A program made the position numbers and the translations under genes. A DNA stretch of 44,251 bases from a virus, in the IMG/VR virus record IMGVR_UViG_3300031566_000100, positions 1 through 44,251 of that record, one strand, 5' to 3'. The notes beneath the pieces are model-generated. The model had not been told where the DNA came from. It saw nothing but the letters and a program-made list of their open reading frames with translations, and made no database searches. This document shows positions 41,439 to 44,251 of the stretch, piece by piece (the first letter of the stretch is position 1; each line of letters starts with the position of its first letter).

Positions 41439-41783
41439 TTATTTCTTCTGGCGTTTTTTGGCCTTTTCGTACTCCTTGTGGAGTTCTACCAGTTTTTCGT
41501 AGAAGGCGATGGGCTTGTTGTGCCAGCTATACGCTGCATCGTCACAATCAAAATTCTTATCTACCAAACAGGCTGGACAGGACGAACAAAACCCTTCGTG
41601 GCTACCGTCATAGTCGCAAAAGAAACAGTCGCAATCAATATCGCCCTGCTCGTATCCGTGCGATTCCAACCACACAATCTTTAAGACACCTGTATTTGTT
41701 TCGTTGCCTGCGCGTTTGCATTCAAAAAGCCACTCCCACATTCTCAAGCATTCTTTCCAGGTTTTATCAAGCGATAGTCTCAT
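41439..41783 (-). CDS. Cys-rich hypothetical protein, paralog A (114 aa)
   Basis: MRLSLDKTWKEC...CDCFFCDYD...CSSCPACLVDKNFDC...YSWH..PIAFYEKLVELH. Confidence 0.6.
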   Translation of the reverse strand: MRLSLDKTWKECLRMWEWLFECKRAGNETNTGVLKIVWLESHGYEQGDIDCDCFFCDYDGSHEGFCSSCPACLVDKNFDCDDAAYSWHNKPIAFYEKLVELHKEYEKAKKRQKK

Positions 41784-42198
41784 TTTTCCGTCCTTCCGGT
41801 TCCTTTATCCACATGCGGCAGTCGCCGTCCCGGTATGGCGTAAAACCCTTACTTATCAGGATAGCTTGCATTTGGCGGAGCGCCGTTGGAACTCCAACCG
41901 TAAAACCTTTGCTCAATATGGTATTTACTAATTTGCTGAAATTCCCTTTTCCGGGATGGCGCGATTCGATAAATGAAATAATTATCATATCGCCGCGCTT
42001 CCACAGGTATCCGAAGAATTTGTCTTCCGTGAAGCCTAATTCGTTGGCAATGGGTGTATTAAGTTCAATGATGCCATCAATAAAAGAGGCGGAGGGCTTA
42101 TTGTTGCTGGACGGCAAACAAGGGGGGCCGCTCCGCCCGGAAAGTTGCATAGTGCTTTCGTGGTTGTTTTGGCTTCGGTTGATTAGTTTGCCGTCCAT
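41767..42198 (-). CDS. Small GNAT-like acetyltransferase (tentative)
   Basis: ISFIESRHPGKGNFSKLVNTIL contains the R-x-x-G-x-G/A acetyl-CoA loop pattern; weak. Confidence 0.35.
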   Translation of the reverse strand: MDGKLINRSQNNHESTMQLSGRSGPPCLPSSNNKPSASFIDGIIELNTPIANELGFTEDKFFGYLWKRGDMIIISFIESRHPGKGNFSKLVNTILSKGFTVGVPTALRQMQAILISKGFTPYRDGDCRMWIKEPEGRKNETIA

Positions 42199-42263
42199 TT
42201 TGAAATTCCTTTTAACTTGTTCAATTACAATTAGAACATATATCGACAGGATTGCAAGAGTTT

Positions 42264-42282
42264 TTTTAGAAAAAATCTAAAA
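42264..42282. promoter_or_regulatory. 19-bp perfect palindrome in a divergent intergenic region (operator candidate)
   Basis: TTTTAGA aaaaa TCTAAAA, just upstream of the -35 of the RHH-like gene. Confidence 0.4.
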
Positions 42283-42292
42283 TAATTATAAC

Positions 42293-42319
42293 TTGTGTAA
42301 CGGCAAATACTTATATAAT
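42293..42319 (+). promoter_or_regulatory. Promoter candidate giving a leaderless mRNA for the RHH-like gene
   Basis: TTGTGT-15 nt-TATAAT; the -10 ends 7 nt before the ATG at 42327 and no SD is present. Confidence 0.4.
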
Positions 42320-42326
42320 AAAGAAA

Positions 42327-42611
42327 ATGGCACAAAACGACAAAATCCAAGCCGGATGGCGATTGCCAGATAATTTGAAGCAAGAATTTATTAAATTTGC
42401 AGACAAGCCTATAGAGGATGAGTTTGCGGCAGCAGTTTACCTTTATATGAAAATGCCCAAGAATATACGGGAACTTGCTAAACTTGAGATAAAGAGTCGG
42501 TCAATTGTTTCCCCACAGTTTTGGGATACTTTTGCTGGAGCTCTTCGAGAGGGAATACAAGTCCAACTGAGTATCCGAGAGCAAAAGCAACGGATTCTTC
42601 GCAAAAAGTAA
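42327..42611 (+). CDS. Ribbon-helix-helix-like DNA-binding protein (repressor candidate)
   Basis: N-terminus AGWRLPDNLKQEFIKFADK fits the RHH beta-strand/helix pattern (x-R-L-P-x-x-L-x-x-x-L-x-x-x-A). Confidence 0.45.
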   Translation: MAQNDKIQAGWRLPDNLKQEFIKFADKPIEDEFAAAVYLYMKMPKNIRELAKLEIKSRSIVSPQFWDTFAGALREGIQVQLSIREQKQRILRKK

Positions 42612-42654
42612 GTTCTTTGACAATTTCTTCGATTTGCTTTTCATCGATTGACAT
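42478..42654 (-). CDS. Antisense 58-aa ORF with a strong SD, overlapping the 3' end of the RHH-like gene (uncertain)
   Basis: GGAGAAGGcagttATG; MSIDEKQIEEIVKELTFCEES...; overlaps 42478..42611 of the plus-strand ORF. Confidence 0.3.
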   Translation of the reverse strand: MSIDEKQIEEIVKELTFCEESVAFALGYSVGLVFPLEELQQKYPKTVGKQLTDSLSQV

Positions 42655-42740
42655 AACTGCCTTCTCCTTAACAGGTTATGTCGGCCCCCCGTTAATATCC
42701 CCGCTAAATGGCGCCGAAGGGGTCGGCAAAGGTGAAGGGT

Positions 42741-42769
42741 TGTATAGCAGGAATGTTACCGACTGTCAA
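42741..42769 (-). promoter_or_regulatory. Minus-strand promoter candidate facing the RHH-like gene
   Basis: Minus strand TTGACA-17 nt-TATACA, about 85 nt upstream of the antisense ORF. Confidence 0.3.
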
Positions 42770-42824
42770 GCGGAAAGTGATAGTCTTTACCTATATTTAC
42801 AGACTTTTTAGCGAAAGGGGAAAA

Positions 42825-43286
42825 ATGAAAATACTTGGTTATTTTTTCTTATTGGTTTTGGCCGTAGTAGTTGGAATTGTTCTAACTATATTTTATTTCG
42901 ACCCTTATATACTTGATAAAAATACCGAACCTCGTTATCAATTGCGATTTGGCACAATTACCCATATGAGCTGGAAGCCTTCCGATTCAAAAGCAACTTC
43001 TTATCAGGGAAATGAATTTAATTATAATTTTTGCTTTAAACTTGATACATACACTGGAGATATTTGGGAGTATAAAACCGAATATTTTGATGACCCAAAT
43101 ACTTATGTATTAAGTAAACATGGCTTTTTTCCTGTTCAATATAATCAATTTGCTAATACTTATACCGAGCGATATTATATCGATTTATTCAAGCGTACTG
43201 AAAATGAAAAAATACGAGAACAAAAAAGGTACTCAATTAAAGATTTGATTCAAAACTCCGATACGAATCAAATTCCACTTAAATAA
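42825..43286 (+). CDS. Membrane-anchored protein (153 aa)
   Basis: MKILGYFFLLVLAVVVGIVLTIFYF TM helix, then a Y/N/F-rich domain; start reset to the ATG after gaaaggggaaaa. Confidence 0.55.
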   Translation: MKILGYFFLLVLAVVVGIVLTIFYFDPYILDKNTEPRYQLRFGTITHMSWKPSDSKATSYQGNEFNYNFCFKLDTYTGDIWEYKTEYFDDPNTYVLSKHGFFPVQYNQFANTYTERYYIDLFKRTENEKIREQKRYSIKDLIQNSDTNQIPLK

Positions 43287-43289
43287 TCC

Positions 43290-43318
43290 TTGACAAACCC
43301 GCTCTGCTATGGTATAAT
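43290..43318 (+). promoter_or_regulatory. Consensus sigma70 promoter for the PEP-CTERM gene
   Basis: TTGACA-17 nt-TATAAT with TG at the extended -10 position (tgGTATAAT); AGGAGG 7 nt before the ATG. Confidence 0.65.
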
Positions 43319-43342
43319 GCGGCAACTTTAGGAGGTTTTAAG

Positions 43343-43978
43343 ATGAAATACCTGCTTTCACTTATCGTAACTCTTGTTCTGATAAGCACTTGCAACGCAG
43401 CAATCATCACTATTGAGGCCGATGATTTTGCTGCCGGCACGGATATGGGTATGATTTACGATGATATAAGATTTCGTACTTACAATTTTGCAGGTGGTAA
43501 AAGTAGCACTATTTTCGCATTAGAATCATCCAATCCCCTGGGCCTCTTTGGTGATAATTCAATCGGCTGGCAAGACCCTGCAACATCTCTTTTCTATGAA
43601 TGGTGGTGGAACGTACCCCGTCTTGAAATAGTCATCGACAACGGTTTTGCTTACCGTATCGATATAAGTGTTACGGCCAAAAGCGGCACGATACCCGGCC
43701 CTGTGTTCGTCAAAAGTTATAATAAGTGGTACGAAGTGCTTACGGCAAACTCTACTACCCCCAGTTCTGCTCACATCTCAAATCTTTATACCTATCGTGA
43801 AGCCTGCGACATAAAGTATTTTAAGGTTTATTCGTTGGCCTGCTTTGCCCTGGATAACATCCGTATCGACTATCAGCCTGAAGTGCCCGAACCCTCAACT
43901 ATCATTCTTCTTGCTGGGGGGTTGTTGTTTTTGCGGCGCCGTTCATATCCGCCTGCGCATCCTGGCGTATCTGCTTAA
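43343..43978 (+). CDS. PEP-CTERM sorting-domain protein with signal peptide
   Basis: MKYLLSLIVTLVLISTCNA signal; C-terminus VPEPSTIILLAGGLLFLRRR is the PEP motif, TM helix and Arg cluster of exosortase substrates. Confidence 0.8.
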   Translation: MKYLLSLIVTLVLISTCNAAIITIEADDFAAGTDMGMIYDDIRFRTYNFAGGKSSTIFALESSNPLGLFGDNSIGWQDPATSLFYEWWWNVPRLEIVIDNGFAYRIDISVTAKSGTIPGPVFVKSYNKWYEVLTANSTTPSSAHISNLYTYREACDIKYFKVYSLACFALDNIRIDYQPEVPEPSTIILLAGGLLFLRRRSYPPAHPGVSA

Positions 43979-44072
43979 TACCGTCCAAAACCTGCTGTGC
44001 CAGTTCCTCAACCGTTGCCAGCTTGGTATCGATAAGAAATAATCGCCGGTTTTGTTCGGTCTCATCTGCCAT
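43902..44072 (-). CDS. Hypothetical 56-aa protein, last minus-strand gene; converges on and overlaps the PEP-CTERM gene by 77 nt
   Basis: GGGGCTGAAAGATG start context (same family as GGAGGCTGAAAAATG); MADETEQNRRLFLIDTKLATVEELAQQVLDGIKQIRQD... Confidence 0.4.
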   Translation of the reverse strand: MADETEQNRRLFLIDTKLATVEELAQQVLDGIKQIRQDAQADMNGAAKTTTPQQEE

Positions 44073-44251
44073 CTTTCAGCCCCAGCCCGTTCATTATTAA
44101 ATCTACTTTTGTTTCAATGCTGGCAAGTTTAGTCTCAATTCTGGCAACGGCAACACTGTTCTCATTTATCTTTGCCTGTTGTTGCGTAACCGTTTCCTTG
44201 AGTGTATTGACCCGTTCACGGTATGTGGCAAAGGTAGCAAAAGGGCTGCCT
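44062..44251 (-). CDS. 3' part of the junction-spanning 88-aa ORF (see 1..203)
   Basis: ...ARIETKLASIETKVDLIMNGLGLKDGR-stop (TGA at 44062..44064); in frame across the 126-bp overlap. Confidence 0.5.
   Translation of the reverse strand, partial: GSPFATFATYRERVNTLKETVTQQQAKINENSVAVARIETKLASIETKVDLIMNGLGLKDGR
44126..44251. repeat. Terminal direct repeat, copy 2 (identical to 1..126)
   Basis: See copy 1. Confidence 0.95.

Noticed and set aside
40943-42280. 445-aa plus-strand ORF, the longest plus-strand ORF in the window
   Set aside because: It runs antisense across four well-supported minus-strand genes (the two Cys-rich paralogs, the GNAT-like gene and the csrA upstream region). It has an R/S/C/L-rich, low-complexity composition and no RBS. 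This is a typical shadow ORF.
1-44251. Diversity-generating retroelement or retron (searched because of fibre/lectin genes and the large non-coding region)
   Set aside because: No reverse-transcriptase motif (YxDD context) appears in any frame I read. I also noticed no template/variable repeat pair matching the C-termini of the fibre, LamG or beta-helix genes.

Overview
The window is one complete phage genome. Bases 1-126 recur exactly at 44126-44251, so the unit length is 44,125 bp (circular-assembly overlap or terminal redundancy), and one ORF runs across that junction. Gene content fits a temperate tailed dsDNA phage. (1) Minus strand, 24.6 kb down to 0.2 kb and on through the junction to about 43.9 kb, is one morphogenesis block. 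It holds small and large terminase, portal, scaffold, an HK97-type major capsid protein, tail/fibre-type genes, a 1412-aa protein with four beta-helix modules, a LamG protein, a PurD-like ATP-grasp enzyme, a protein with a peptidase-S74 chaperone domain and a 1061-aa protein. (2) Minus strand, 37.4 down to 27.2 kb, is an early/recombination block of tightly coupled small genes. It includes SSB, a NinB-like protein, YopX, ASCH, an Hjc-like resolvase and a family of tiny single-TM peptides, with conserved gene-boundary repeats. (3) At 38.4-39.5 kb lies a tyrosine integrase. Its 3' end overlaps a look-alike of the tRNA-Pro(GGG) 5' half that has its own promoter, and next to it is an ORF-free, hairpin-rich region of about 1 kb. 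(4) At 39.6-42.2 kb are small minus-strand genes including a phage csrA. (5) There are two plus-strand islands. One (25.1-27.0 kb) holds six small ORFs separated by repeated hairpin/RBS cassettes, two of which mimic a tRNA 3' end. The other (42.3-44.0 kb) is AT-rich and holds a leaderless RHH-like gene, a TM protein and a PEP-CTERM protein behind a perfect sigma70 promoter. No rRNA gene, complete tRNA gene, CRISPR array, reverse transcriptase, DNA polymerase or recognisable endolysin was seen. All functional calls come from motif recognition by eye in the supplied translations and raw sequence; no database search or folding program was available.
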